From: an uncultured Gemmatimonadota bacterium
GTDB lineage: Bacteria; 4572-55
Direction of reading: 5' to 3'
Length of the DNA: 64,000 nucleotides
Assembly (NCBI GenBank): GCA_964404765.1
Contig: CAYOLL010000002.1
Span: forward strand, 6,604-70,603
The position numbers and the translations under genes are program-made. Positions 10,101-19,182 of the stretch are shown here, piece after piece. The notes under the pieces were generated by a model. That model did not search any database. It was given only the letters and a program-made list of their open reading frames with translations, and was not told the DNA's origin. How positions within the stretch are numbered: the stretch's first letter is position 1; each line of letters opens with the position of its first letter.

Positions 10101-10235
10101 AACGACCCTTCTATAGCCAACCCGCACGATTCCTCCGGTCTGACCGGCGTCCAAAAATATCGCCTGGCCGAGCAAGACCCGAATATGTATGACATTCCGC
10201 GCTTGATCCGCGCCGGGCTGGAGCTGCGCTTTTGA
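7146..10235 (+). CDS. TonB-dependent receptor-like outer-membrane protein with an N-terminal carboxypeptidase-regulatory-like domain
   Basis: Signal peptide, then 'GKIVGTVTDKYSKEPLAGVSVRIEG...DPNGQY' (CarbopepD_reg-like), then a plug-like region '...LIFRGGRSAEVDWQMDGFSITDP'. The C-terminal residue is Phe ('GLELRF'), typical of OM beta-barrels. The start was chosen at ATG 7146, which follows the RBS aggaagg, rather than the upstream ORF-track start at 7077. Confidence 0.7.
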   Translation: MKCNWKLVICLALMICRSVLAGETGKIVGTVTDKYSKEPLAGVSVRIEGTDLGAKTDPNGQYCIMAPVGQFRTRFSSVGYVSTVIRDVQLLPDQTLTLNMELQEDVLICGTNIFDFSQMLKSISPTNSAQTIFASDIDRQPIRSLSDLIGRQPGVTRYLPEETASGQRELIFRGGRSAEVDWQMDGFSITDPAGGLNLLSVPLAAIRAANVNLGGFGVEDGRYASGIVNLIGHSADAAYNAGYHANIETATDNVVGSGFDDNAYRLTLSGPLIPFPSGDGQSQYRTRHNDKYRFFFTAERTWQGDRSPRSGVPTDLFKQVSADEVTLPYSTETIPGYGRRFADALEQLQDGRLPHNDRDHWAWYGKVNLDFSHRIKLELSTLGSTDQWQRYQHKYVFNAEHTPYYDDKASTWNAALNIKLSDKAHIALRGQHYQAERFRGDGVHRKDLLAYGRPQDFYLFDQTDLFYSWDDIDGETTPETREVYWNPEYWGEDAADWAPVSFISDGDEGYVYDDYLQWKSTFNALSLDGVFQIHPAHEIRAGLDYHRYTVRSYRSIFPAHNAVHFLDDPELAEEDTDAYGYRYNPRTNRLEEADDPAGNGWDGPREPKTTAFYFQDKMEYERVTLTAGIRADAFDANTYWFKNLYYPLRGSDDCDFDSEFGCDFDWSWQRLDQEDLKKVAMKTSISPRFSIDFQTGDNTYLSVTYGHYYQLPAFNIRYNGFKFLEHQFLRGRYFYPLNNADLKPAKTEFAELGLQHRLNLRSTVGLRIFSKNSSDALEYSTTNYSWYTFLKNGVSGQTQGVDITLSTISKSGLLATAVYGYSYGRSEALVNELTYVIAWHGGTSPNSLFPADFEQRHKLLLNLDWRNRNQDWRGSWRDFRRQAGVNALFTANSGTPYTPTYIFNETTLANTGPAHRGAPNSHSKPWTWQIDLKVDYRLPFQAFEGKLYLTILNLLDRKNAVDAYTGTGDPASTGFLQTEYGQYYANDPSIANPHDSSGLTGVQKYRLAEQDPNMYDIPRLIRAGLELRF

Positions 10236-10270
10236 ATTAAAAGCCCACGCTCTGGACATCCGGCGCAGAC

Positions 10271-11521
10271 TCACGGCGCATCCCGAAACTCTTTTACCAG
10301 CCAGCCGAACACTCCGCACAATGTCGCCAAAATGGAAATCAAGCCAAAGACATACGAAATCGGCATCAGCTCGGCCATGATGCCGGTCAGGGCCACGGAA
10401 ATCGCGGTTAAGCCGTAGACTGCTACCGAGATCATGCTAAAAATCCGCCCTTGCATTTCTTTGGGCACCAGGGTTTGGATCAGCGTGGGCCGCGGCACAA
10501 TAATCAGCGGGATGACAGCGGCGTGAGCAATGATGGTCAAATACATGCCCCAGAACGTATCGACCCACAGCAGCGGCAAAAAAGTAATCCCGTCCAGCAT
10601 AATGCCCCATAGCAGCATGTGGCTGTTGCGGAAGTACTTCCCGTAAAAATTGAGCGCGACGGTGCCGATAATCATGCCGACGGCATAGGCTGTTTCGCCG
10701 TAGGCATACATAACGGCATCCAGATGCAAAACCTCACGAATGAAAATAGGCGGGCCGATAATTGCCGGGCCCATAATAAATAAATTATCGGCGGCGGTTA
10801 TGATCAACAAGCCCCAAATGACCTTGTTTTGCGCGGCATAACGCAACCCGGCCATCACATCGGCAACGGCTGATTTTAGCTCTGTTCGCAGAATCGTCAG
10901 CGTTAGATTGGGTCGTTTTTGCGGGGCGCTTTCGGCGCGGGGCAGCGTAATTTTAAGAATAAACATCAGCGAAACAAAAAATGTCACCGCGTCAAAGGTA
11001 AACAAATGCGTCACGCCAAACAGCGGAATAACCGCCGCCGCCAAAACCGGCCCCAATAAAACCGCGAATTGCCAGGAAGTCTGAATCAAAGAATTGGCCT
11101 GCAACAGTTTATTCTCCGGCGCTAAAAGAGCCACGGCAGTATCACGGGCCGGCATAAAAATCGTATCGAATATCGCCACGCCAAATGTAATTATCGCTAA
11201 AATAAAGCCCGATATTGAACCCGTATAAAATAAAAAAGGGATCGTCAACACCAGTAATCCACGGGCAATATCGGCCAGAATCATTAAACTTCGGCGATTA
11301 AAACGATCGGTCAGCGCGCCGCTCAACAAGCCGAAAAGCAGCACCGGTAAATAGCCGCTCATCGCCACCAGACCCGTTGCCAGCTTGGAGCCGGAAACTT
11401 CCAGCATCAACCACAACAACCCAATCTGGTACACCGAATCACCGGCCTGCGAGATGATTTGGCCACTCCATAAATAGAAGATGTTTCGATTGATAAAAAT
11501 CCGCTTTAGCCAGTTCCGCAT
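10271..11521 (-). CDS. MFS transporter
   Basis: Twelve predicted TM segments with a hydrophobic profile throughout. The N-terminus 'MRNWLKRIFINRNIFYLWSGQIISQAGDSVYQIGLLWL' is typical of MFS_3/EntS-like exporters. The alternative upstream start is 11590. Confidence 0.8.
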   Translation of the reverse strand: MRNWLKRIFINRNIFYLWSGQIISQAGDSVYQIGLLWLMLEVSGSKLATGLVAMSGYLPVLLFGLLSGALTDRFNRRSLMILADIARGLLVLTIPFLFYTGSISGFILAIITFGVAIFDTIFMPARDTAVALLAPENKLLQANSLIQTSWQFAVLLGPVLAAAVIPLFGVTHLFTFDAVTFFVSLMFILKITLPRAESAPQKRPNLTLTILRTELKSAVADVMAGLRYAAQNKVIWGLLIITAADNLFIMGPAIIGPPIFIREVLHLDAVMYAYGETAYAVGMIIGTVALNFYGKYFRNSHMLLWGIMLDGITFLPLLWVDTFWGMYLTIIAHAAVIPLIIVPRPTLIQTLVPKEMQGRIFSMISVAVYGLTAISVALTGIMAELMPISYVFGLISILATLCGVFGWLVKEFRDAP

Positions 11522-11782
11522 GAGTGTCTTCCTTATTTGTTTGCTATTGCTGCGCCGCCATCGTCTTTCGCATAATATGATGTGACCCATTATTCATCAA
11601 GCAAAATTTCCGGACATCCTGTAACCCTTATGAGTGAATCCCGTTTCCGCACCCAAACGGAACTTAATTTTTATCGACGGGGTAAAAAAATTGAAAACTT
11701 TTTGTGAAATATGACAGTTACAAAAATTTTACGTTAAAATTGAATTTAACATCCTGACCCTGCAACTTCAAAAAACATCCCT

Positions 11783-12376
11783 ATGGCCTTTATCCAAAGT
11801 AAGCACGCCAAGTACGCTACCAAAAATCCCATCAGCCGCTTTCTGGTTAAAAATTTTTATGCCACCTTATTTAATCTCGTTACGCCGCTTAAGCTGGACT
11901 CTTTATTGGATGTCGGCTGCGGCGAAGGCATGGCTTTAAAAAGATTAGAACCGCTTCTGGGTCGTGTCCGCTGCCACGCCATTGATCTCGATCCGGCTGA
12001 AGTCTCAGATGCCCGCAAAAATCTGCCCTTCTGCCAGGTTTCAGTTGGCAGCGCCTACCAAATTCCTTTGGCCGACAACGCTGTTGAATGTGTACTTTGC
12101 ACCGAGGTTTTGGAACATCTGGAGCAGCCTGAGCGCGCATTAGCCGAGTTTTATCGTGTCACAAGGCGCTATGCAATTTTAACAGTCCCCCGTGAACCGA
12201 TCTGGCGTATTTTGAATATGGCACGCGGCGCCTATTGGTCCGATTGGGGCAATACGCCCGGCCATCTGAATCACTGGAGTACAACTGCGTTTAAGGATTT
12301 TGCTAAAACGCGTTTTCGGGTGGTGGAGTTCCGAACGCCGCTACCCTGGACGGTGCTGCTTTGTGAAAAGCAATAA
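11783..12376 (+). CDS. Class I SAM-dependent methyltransferase (type 11-like)
   Basis: Motif I 'LDVGCGEG'. Motif 'CVLCTEVLEHLEQPERAL' is typical of Methyltransf_11. Confidence 0.75.
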   Translation: MAFIQSKHAKYATKNPISRFLVKNFYATLFNLVTPLKLDSLLDVGCGEGMALKRLEPLLGRVRCHAIDLDPAEVSDARKNLPFCQVSVGSAYQIPLADNAVECVLCTEVLEHLEQPERALAEFYRVTRRYAILTVPREPIWRILNMARGAYWSDWGNTPGHLNHWSTTAFKDFAKTRFRVVEFRTPLPWTVLLCEKQ

Positions 12377-13274
12377 TTTTGCCATCTGCTTTAACCTGCT
12401 GCTTTATGTCTCGCTGCTATTTCTCGCCTGGCATCTCTATCGTCATGAATATTTGGTTATCCCAAAAATTGTTTCGATTTCGGCTTTGGTATTCTCCGTC
12501 GCGGCGCTGATCTCCGGTTTTTTTCTGACCATTACCATCTGGCAGAAATTTCTTGCTAATGCTGGATTTACCGTGCGCTGGCCGGATTGTCTGGCGGCGC
12601 AGGGTCTGTCGGTCTTTGGCAAGTATATTCCGGGCAAGCTGTGGGTATTAGTAGGCATGACCGGTTATATTGCTCAACAGTACGGATTACCGGCCTCACA
12701 TATCGCCTTAGTCGCTTTGCGCAATCAATTCAGTCAGCTTTGGGTCGGCTTGATCTTAGGAATCGTCGGGTTGATCTGGGCCGGCGGCAATTGGCAATTG
12801 GTTAGCTTAAGCGCCATTCCGCTGGGAATACTGACCGTCGCCCTGTTCAGCCGGACGGCAAACACGATTACAGCTAAATTGCTGCAAAAAATATTGGGCA
12901 AAAACTTGACCATCCCTGTATTTTTATACCGGGATCTGCTGCCGCTGCTACCCTATTTAGTCAGCAATTGGCTGCTGTGGGGGGTTGGCTTCTATTTGCT
13001 GGCCAGCAGCATTTTTGCCACACCCGTTCCGTTGGCAACCGGTCTGGGCTTTGTTATTTCGGCCACGTTAGGTGTTTTGGCGGTCTTTGCGCCCGGCGGG
13101 TTGGGCGTGCGTGAAGGCATCCTGGCCGGATTCCTGATACAGCTTAATTTCACCCCTACGCAGGTTGCGACACTGACCGTCATATCGCGTTTATGGTTTT
13201 TAATCGGCGAAGTCATTATGTTTATACTTGGCGCATTTTTTTCAAAACTGCGTAAAATAGAACACATAACCTGA
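12300..13274 (+). CDS. Flippase-like integral membrane protein (lysylphosphatidylglycerol-synthase TM-region-like, UPF0104)
   Basis: Polytopic membrane protein ending '...GGLGVREGILAGFL', as in LPG_synthase_TM-type proteins. The true start is probably the GTG at 12363, which overlaps the methyltransferase stop. Confidence 0.55.
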   Translation: MLKRVFGWWSSERRYPGRCCFVKSNNFAICFNLLLYVSLLFLAWHLYRHEYLVIPKIVSISALVFSVAALISGFFLTITIWQKFLANAGFTVRWPDCLAAQGLSVFGKYIPGKLWVLVGMTGYIAQQYGLPASHIALVALRNQFSQLWVGLILGIVGLIWAGGNWQLVSLSAIPLGILTVALFSRTANTITAKLLQKILGKNLTIPVFLYRDLLPLLPYLVSNWLLWGVGFYLLASSIFATPVPLATGLGFVISATLGVLAVFAPGGLGVREGILAGFLIQLNFTPTQVATLTVISRLWFLIGEVIMFILGAFFSKLRKIEHIT

Positions 13275-13277
13275 ATT

Positions 13278-13445
13278 CTTCATTAGCCACGAAGTCACCA
13301 ATGCACAAAGAATCACTAAGATTTTAAATTAAAAGATGTTATGACGTTTTTTAGGTGACGAAGATGTCGGCAAAAAATAAATTTTTTGCATGACCTTCGT
13401 GAAACTTAGTGCTTTCGTGTCTTTGTGGCAGGTCTTTGAATTTTT
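13278..13445. repeat. Large imperfect palindromic intergenic element with arms of the form ccacgaag..cacaaaga..cactaag
   Basis: Left arm gccacgaagtcaccaatgcacaaagaatcactaag; right arm cttagtgctttcgtgtctttgtggc. Related arm sequences flank MITE copy 1 at 6560-6589 and 6750-6775. Confidence 0.4.
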
Positions 13446-13462
13446 CAGGATAAAAAGATAGA

Positions 13463-15409
13463 ATGCAAATGAAGCAAATTTTTGCAAATAGCGTGGATAT
13501 TTTTGGCGTAAAACTGCCGGAGACAGTCCTTGCCCTGCTTTTAATAACAATCGTGGCTTTGTCGGCCTATGCCAATAGCTATGACTGTGCTTTTCATTTT
13601 GACGATCTGCCCCATTTAGTTGAAAGCCCCCATTTACACGATTTGAGCCGTGTCAAAGACTGGCTTAGTCATTATCCGACCCGCCCGTTCGGCTTTTTTA
13701 CCTTTGCCGTAAATTATCATTTTCATCAATTAGACTTGTGGGGTTATCATGCGGTGAATGTGGGCATTCATCTCCTGACCGCTTGGCTGGTTTACCTGCT
13801 GGCCGGGCTGCTGCTGACGACGTTTGGTTCACCGCCGCTGCAACCCATGAGCAGTTTTTTCATTCGGTTGCTTGCCGGGCTTATTTTTGTGGCTCACCCG
13901 GTTCAGACTCAGGCTGTAACATATATCATTCAACGCCTGGCTTCCTTAGCTGCGTTTTTTTATGTGGCCAGTTTTGTCTGCTATCTGTTGGGCCGGAAAA
14001 GTGCGTCAAAAGCAGGCTGGTTTCTGCTGGCCTTTATCAGCGGCCTGCTGGGTTTGCTGACCAAAGAAACCCTGGCCACGCTGCCTCTCGTTATTCTGCT
14101 GTATGAGCTCCAGCAAAACCCCAATTGGCGCGCTGTTTTGCTGAGTCGAAAAGCCGCCATCATCGCCGGTTGTTTAAGTCTCCCGGTTATTTTGGTGCTT
14201 AGCCTGTATCCGTTGACCCTGTTTAAAACCATCCCGCCTGTTCAGGGCAACACCTATTCCATTACCACGCTGACCTATTTTCTGACCCAATTCAAAGTGA
14301 TATGGACTTACATCCGCCTGGCATGTTTCCCCATAAATCAAAATATAGATTACGATTATCCGCTTTCAACCGGTTTTTTTGAAGGGCCGACTTTTCTGGC
14401 CTTTCTTGGGCTGATTTTGTTAATTGTGACTGCCGGCAGACTTTTCCAGCGTCATAAAACTCAATCATTCTGTATCTTTTGGTTCTTGATTACTTTAGCC
14501 GTGGAATCCAGCATCATTGCCTTGCCAAATGTCATCTTTGAGCATCGGCTATACTTGCCGATGGCCGGCTTTGCGATTCTGGTGGCATATTCGCTATATG
14601 TGATGCTGGCTCGATTTCATAATACCCGGCTTTACGCGGCTGTTGGGGCAACCCTTATTATCATCTTAAGCGCAGCAACTTATCAGCGCAATCAGGTTTG
14701 GAAAACGGATTTGACGTTATGGGCAGACGCCGCGGAAAAGTCACCCAAAAAAGCGCGCCCGCTGACCAATTTGGGTCTGGCTTTGGAAGAAAGCGGCGAT
14801 TTCCAACGCGCCGAGCAGCTCTACCGCCAGGCATTAGCCATCAACCCAAATTACGATATCGCCCTGAATAATCTCGGAAAAACCCTGCACCAACAAGGTC
14901 AGCTTGATTCCGCTCGCGTTTATTACGAACGCGCTCTGGCAGTTAAGCCAAAATTCATCAACGCGCTGTATAATTTAGGCACACTATGGCAGGCTACGGG
15001 TCATCTGGACCAGGCGGAATCTTTGTACAAGCAGATTTTGGCGTTAAATCCTAACGAAGCCGGCACACTGAATAACTTGGGCAATCTTTGGCGGGAAAAA
15101 GGCGATCCCGGCCAGGCAATCGGCTTTTATCGGCGGGCAATCGTGGCGACATCGGAAATCGCCCTCTTGAATTTGGGAGATACATTTTTTCAGCAAAATG
15201 AATTGGACAGCGCATTCACTTATTACGGCGTCTATCTCGACCGCAATCCGGGCTTTGCCGGACCGCTGTTTATGCTGGCCGACGAATGGCAGAAGCGAGA
15301 CGACAAGCAAAAAGCGTTAAACTGCCTGCAACGCATTTTAATAGCCAATCCCCAACACCCGCAAGCGCTGGAAAAAAAGAGGATGCTCATAACCGGCAAC
15401 GCGCAGTAA
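13463..15409 (+). CDS. Polytopic membrane protein with a C-terminal TPR-repeat domain (TMTC/DUF1736/PMT-like architecture)
   Basis: About 11 TM helices in the N-terminal ~400 aa. Tandem TPR repeats follow, for example 'AEQLYRQALAINPNYDIALNNLGKTLHQQGQLDSARVYYERALAVKP'. Confidence 0.6.
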   Translation: MQMKQIFANSVDIFGVKLPETVLALLLITIVALSAYANSYDCAFHFDDLPHLVESPHLHDLSRVKDWLSHYPTRPFGFFTFAVNYHFHQLDLWGYHAVNVGIHLLTAWLVYLLAGLLLTTFGSPPLQPMSSFFIRLLAGLIFVAHPVQTQAVTYIIQRLASLAAFFYVASFVCYLLGRKSASKAGWFLLAFISGLLGLLTKETLATLPLVILLYELQQNPNWRAVLLSRKAAIIAGCLSLPVILVLSLYPLTLFKTIPPVQGNTYSITTLTYFLTQFKVIWTYIRLACFPINQNIDYDYPLSTGFFEGPTFLAFLGLILLIVTAGRLFQRHKTQSFCIFWFLITLAVESSIIALPNVIFEHRLYLPMAGFAILVAYSLYVMLARFHNTRLYAAVGATLIIILSAATYQRNQVWKTDLTLWADAAEKSPKKARPLTNLGLALEESGDFQRAEQLYRQALAINPNYDIALNNLGKTLHQQGQLDSARVYYERALAVKPKFINALYNLGTLWQATGHLDQAESLYKQILALNPNEAGTLNNLGNLWREKGDPGQAIGFYRRAIVATSEIALLNLGDTFFQQNELDSAFTYYGVYLDRNPGFAGPLFMLADEWQKRDDKQKALNCLQRILIANPQHPQALEKKRMLITGNAQ

Positions 15410-15520
15410 TTGCGTAGCCTGAGCGGGTTAAAAAAAACGGCGCGCCGATAAAGCCCATCAAACGAAAGAGTTATCCGTATAAATCCGTTTCATCCGCGTA
15501 AATCCGTGTTCTATCTTTTC

Positions 15521-15985
15521 TTATTCCGGGCGCAAAGCTTCAATAATTCGCCATTCCTCCGCTGTCACCGGCTGAATAGACAGCCGGCTGCCACGCTGAA
15601 GCAACATCATTTCCTCCAGACCGGCCGTCCGCTTCAACTCCTCGCGAGTAATGTGCGGCTCAAAGCCGCGCACCGGCGTAATATCAACCATATACCAGCG
15701 TGGATTATCCGGCGTACTTTTGGGATCAAAGTAGTGGCTTTCCGGATTCCAGGCGTGATGATCGGGATAGCCGGCCCGAACAACGCGCACAATGCCGGCA
15801 ATACAGGTCGGCTCCGTGCTGCTGTGGTAAAAGAAAACCAGATCATTCAGCTTGACCTGATCGCGCAAAAAGTTGCGCGCCTGATAGTTCCGCACGCCTT
15901 CCCAACCGGCAATTTGCCTGGGCGATTTTAGCAAATCGCTCCATGAAAAAGTGTCCGGTTCCGTTTTAAAAAGCCAATATGTCAT
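15521..15985 (-). CDS. EVE (PUA-like) domain protein
   Basis: 'MTYWLFKTEPDTFSW...GVRNYQARNFLRDQVKLNDLVFFYHS...' matches the EVE/DUF55 family. The start was taken at the internal Met, 15985. Confidence 0.8.
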   Translation of the reverse strand: MTYWLFKTEPDTFSWSDLLKSPRQIAGWEGVRNYQARNFLRDQVKLNDLVFFYHSSTEPTCIAGIVRVVRAGYPDHHAWNPESHYFDPKSTPDNPRWYMVDITPVRGFEPHITREELKRTAGLEEMMLLQRGSRLSIQPVTAEEWRIIEALRPE

Positions 15986-15994
15986 TGTGCAATC

Positions 15995-16058
15995 TCCAGC
16001 GTAAAAAATAAAGTCGGGAAGATCGTCGCCTGTTGGCAATGATAATCTTCCCGACTTT
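15995..16058 (-). terminator. Rho-independent terminator downstream of the response-regulator gene
   Basis: Perfect 14-bp stem aaagtcgggaagat/atcttcccgacttt, followed on the minus strand by a T-rich tract (TTTATTTTTT). Confidence 0.6.
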
Positions 16059-16092
16059 GTTTCGGTAAATGTTTTTTGTTGATGGTTGCGGG

Positions 16093-16491
16093 CTAAAGCG
16101 CTAAAACACGTTTCAAACTCTCAATCACTTTATCTTTTTTAAACGGCTTGATAATGTAACTTTTGGCGCCGGCCTTCATAGCATCGTCAATAATCATATC
16201 ATGGCCCAACGCAGAGCAGATGATCACCCGGGCGGTGGGGTCATAATCCATAATCAGGCGCAAGACTTCTATGCCATCCAACTCCGGCATAATGACATCC
16301 ATCGTCATGACATCCGGACGAAAGCTTTTATATAATTCAAACGCTTGTTGACCTGTCGAGGCTTCGCCCACGACTTCGTACCCGGCTTCGAGGACGATAT
16401 CCTTGATGATTCTGCGCATTAATCGCGCATCATCGGCGATTAATATTCTTGTCGCCACACCAAACGCTCTCTTTTCAAAGGAAAAAGCCAC
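16093..16491 (-). CDS. Single-domain response regulator (CheY-like receiver)
   Basis: Receiver-domain motifs 'ILIADDARLMRR', 'DVMTMDVIMPELDGIEVL' and 'ICSALGH...KAGAKSYIIKPF'. Confidence 0.85.
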   Translation of the reverse strand: MAFSFEKRAFGVATRILIADDARLMRRIIKDIVLEAGYEVVGEASTGQQAFELYKSFRPDVMTMDVIMPELDGIEVLRLIMDYDPTARVIICSALGHDMIIDDAMKAGAKSYIIKPFKKDKVIESLKRVLAL

Positions 16492-16780
16492 AGCGGCTTG
16501 CTACAAGCATAAACAACTTAGAAGTATACCTGATTCATAAAAATTTGCCATAAAATTTTCCACCATCACGGCCCGCTGCTTGAATAATTCATACCGCGGT
16601 AAACCGCAAATGCAGCACAGAATAGCATTCTGTGTTTTCTCCAAGTATGCTCAGATTGCTAATCTGAGCTACAGCATTCTCGCACGCCGCGCAAATGTTT
16701 GGGAGTAATTTTATAAACGCAAGCGACGCACACGGCACATCATGTGTTATGCGTCTTTAGCGTCAATAGCGAAAGGTCTT

Positions 16781-17767
16781 CTACCGATTTTTGAAGGCGC
16801 GATACCAGGCAACGGTTGCCGCCAAATGCTTGTCGATATTTTGATCGGGATCATAGCCCAACAGCCGGCGCGCTTTGTCAATTCTAAAGTGAAAATTCTG
16901 ACCGCCATGCGTCACGCGATAGGTCGTCAACAGCGGCGCGGTTTTGATGCTCAGAATCTTATAAATCGTCTCTAACGTAACTGCCGCGCCATAGCCGACG
17001 GCAAAGGGCACACTCAATTTCGGTTCGCGTAGCCCCATCAGCTTGACGAGCTTGTTCACAATTTCTCGCCAGGTAATGTGAACGCCATCCGTGATAAAAA
17101 AAACTTCGCCTTTGGCGGACTCGCGCTCTGCGGCCAGCATCAAGCCGTGAATCAAGTTGTCGATATAGACCGGGGCCAGTTCGGCATAGCCGCCGGCCAC
17201 GTGGCCCATGTTACCTTTATCCATTTCGGTCAGCATGGGCAGCATCCAGGTGCGATCATGCGGGCCATAGACATCGCCGGGTCGCACGACCGAGAGCCAC
17301 AAGCCCTTCTCCCGGGCAAATCGCACGGCCGCCTGCTCGCCTTCCAGCTTGGAAATCACATACGGAAAATGGGTCGGCAAGGGTTCCATATCCTCCGCTA
17401 CATTGATACGCCCAAAACCCATGACCGCCACAGAACTGACATGTACAACTTTGCGCACACCGGCTTTTTTGGCCGCTTCCAGCACATTCAGCGTACCTTG
17501 TACATTGATCCGGCGAAACAGCTCCAGCGATCCCCAATCGGAGGCCAGCCCGGCCACATGATACACGACTTCGACGCCATTCATCGGCACGCCCAGCGTT
17601 TCCGGCTGGGTAATGTCACCATAGTGCAATTGCAGCGGGATGCCTTTTAAAAACGTCAAATCACTGCTTTGCCGGGCCAAGCCGCGCACATCATGACCGT
17701 CCTGCAACAGCTTTTGGCCCAGTTTGCTGCCGATAAAACCGTTAGCGCCGGTTACCAGTATTTTCAT
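16781..17767 (-). CDS. NAD-dependent epimerase/dehydratase family protein (extended SDR)
   Basis: Rossmann motif 'MKILVTGANGFIGSKLGQKL'. The length of 328 aa fits the SDR_e family, for example HpnA-like sugar epimerases. Confidence 0.85.
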   Translation of the reverse strand: MKILVTGANGFIGSKLGQKLLQDGHDVRGLARQSSDLTFLKGIPLQLHYGDITQPETLGVPMNGVEVVYHVAGLASDWGSLELFRRINVQGTLNVLEAAKKAGVRKVVHVSSVAVMGFGRINVAEDMEPLPTHFPYVISKLEGEQAAVRFAREKGLWLSVVRPGDVYGPHDRTWMLPMLTEMDKGNMGHVAGGYAELAPVYIDNLIHGLMLAAERESAKGEVFFITDGVHITWREIVNKLVKLMGLREPKLSVPFAVGYGAAVTLETIYKILSIKTAPLLTTYRVTHGGQNFHFRIDKARRLLGYDPDQNIDKHLAATVAWYRAFKNR

Positions 17768-17816
17768 TAGTCCAGTCCTTTGTTTACATCTATTCGTTAA
17801 AGGTTAATTTTTGCCG

Positions 17817-17890
17817 AAAAAAACCTTAGGGTCTCATACCAAAACTGAAAATGATTTGCACACAATCGGAGCATAAACCCTAAGGGTCTT
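17817..17890. repeat. Degenerate partial copy of the Family-1 CCCTAAGGG element
   Basis: aaaaaccttagggtctc ... aaaccctaagggtctt. Only two palindromes are present and there are no clear terminal inverted repeats. Confidence 0.4.
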
Positions 17891-17976
17891 AAACGGTGCA
17901 TCTCATTATCAGGTAAGCTATTGCAAGACCCTTATTTTTTCCCGCAGTGTGCAGTTCTTTTTAGCATAACCGTAAA

Positions 17977-18234
17977 GACTGCGCAGCTCTGGCCGGTCAA
18001 ATCAAGGACGAACGCGATCAGAATAAAATCGATCACACGCAGCTTGAGATGATGCGGCAACGGATTATCGTGATCGCCCGCGACTATGAGGACGCCACTA
18101 ACAGCGACACGCTGCGCACCGACCCGATCTTCAAAATGGCGGCCGACCGTACCCCGATCAAAGGCAAGCCCTTAGCCAGTCAACCCACAATCTCCCGCCT
18201 GGAAAACAGCGTCGATAAAGTTGCTAACGGCTGA
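17977..18234 (+). pseudogene. N-terminal fragment of an IS1380-family-like DDE transposase (relic)
   Basis: '...IVIARDYEDATNSDTLRTDPIFKMAADRTPIKGKPLASQPTISRLEN' matches the conserved N-terminal block of IS1380/IS4-type transposases (...YEDLNDHD.LR.DP...LASQPTLSRLEN). The frame stops after ~85 aa, and the MarC gene on the opposite strand occupies the downstream space. Confidence 0.5.
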
Positions 18235-18461
18235 CTGGAGCAGGTATTGGCGGTGTCAGCCACTTCTCTTACCCCTAAGTCCACGCCTGGATCGACGAGC
18301 AGCCGTTGGTTCAATTCGTGACCGGCCTCGGTGACAACAACCGGCTGCGGACATTGGCCAAACCGGTCATCGCGGATGCCGAAAAACGCTATATGAAGAC
18401 AAAGGTCGATGTTTGCCGGCTTCCACACCCTAATTTTTTGAATTTTTTGAGAGGATGCCAA

Positions 18462-19130
18462 TTATTGTGCCTGATGGATGGCCTCGATAAACTTGCCCAA
18501 CATTTCCGGATCGGTCAAAATGTTGGCCACGCCATTAATAATAAACTGCACCCCAACGCATAAGGTCAGAAAGCCCATCATGCGGGTGAGCGCATTCATG
18601 CCGCTGACCCCCATTATTTTAATAACCCGAGTGGACGCTTGCAAAGTCAGCCAGGTCAGCAGCATTACCGTTGCGATGCCGGCAATCAATGCGCTATAGT
18701 CAAACCAGCGCTGCGGCAGCGAAGTCAAGCTCAATACGGCGGCAATAGCGCCCGGGCCGCTCAAAATCGGCATGGTTAGCGGCACAAAGGAAATATCCGG
18801 CTTGGCGATAGATTCATCCACTTCCTCCGGGCTTTGTTTGTGTTTGTGTTCGGCATGGAGCATGTCCAACGCCAGCCGCGCCAGCAGCAAACCGCCGGCA
18901 ATGCGAATTCCGGCCACGGAAATGCCGAAAAAGGTGATGATCAAATTGCCGGCGATTAAAAACAGTACCAGCAAACCGACGCTCATCAAACAGGCTTTGC
19001 TTAATTGACGGGTACGCGTCTGCGGCGTATCGTTAGCGGTCATACCCAGAAAAAGCGGCACCGCGCCCACCGGATCAACAATAGGCAACAAAGTTGTTAT
19101 CGTGACAATGATAAGTTCAGTCCAGCTCAT
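18462..19130 (-). CDS. MarC-family (UPF0056/NAAT) integral membrane protein
   Basis: 'MSWTELIIVTITTLLPIVDPVGAVPLFLGMT...' is the typical MarC N-terminus. About six TM segments. Confidence 0.8.
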   Translation of the reverse strand: MSWTELIIVTITTLLPIVDPVGAVPLFLGMTANDTPQTRTRQLSKACLMSVGLLVLFLIAGNLIITFFGISVAGIRIAGGLLLARLALDMLHAEHKHKQSPEEVDESIAKPDISFVPLTMPILSGPGAIAAVLSLTSLPQRWFDYSALIAGIATVMLLTWLTLQASTRVIKIMGVSGMNALTRMMGFLTLCVGVQFIINGVANILTDPEMLGKFIEAIHQAQ

Positions 19131-19182
19131 TTGTGTTATCTCGGCATTTCTTGGTTTTGGTTAACATGTGTATTTATTAAGA

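Noticed and set aside
16600-16675. Two short hairpins upstream of the response-regulator gene (cacagaat-agc-attctgtg; gctcagatt-gcta-aatctgagc) as possible sigma-54/regulator sites
   Set aside because: No TGGCAC-N5-TTGC sigma-54 consensus was found. The stems are only 8-9 bp and occur once each, so they are insufficient to call.
18240-18330. A GGTTCAATTC motif resembling a tRNA T-loop
   Set aside because: The motif is followed by GTG, not CC. No acceptor-stem or anticodon-arm complementarity was found in the preceding 75 nt. No tRNA is called in this window.
18306-18563. ORF 18306-18563(+) as a possible continuation of the transposase after a frameshift
   Set aside because: The translated sequence (LVQFVTGLGDNNRLRTLAKPVIADAEKRY...) shows no transposase catalytic motifs, and it overlaps the MarC gene on the opposite strand. 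The relic was therefore limited to the recognisable N-terminal block.
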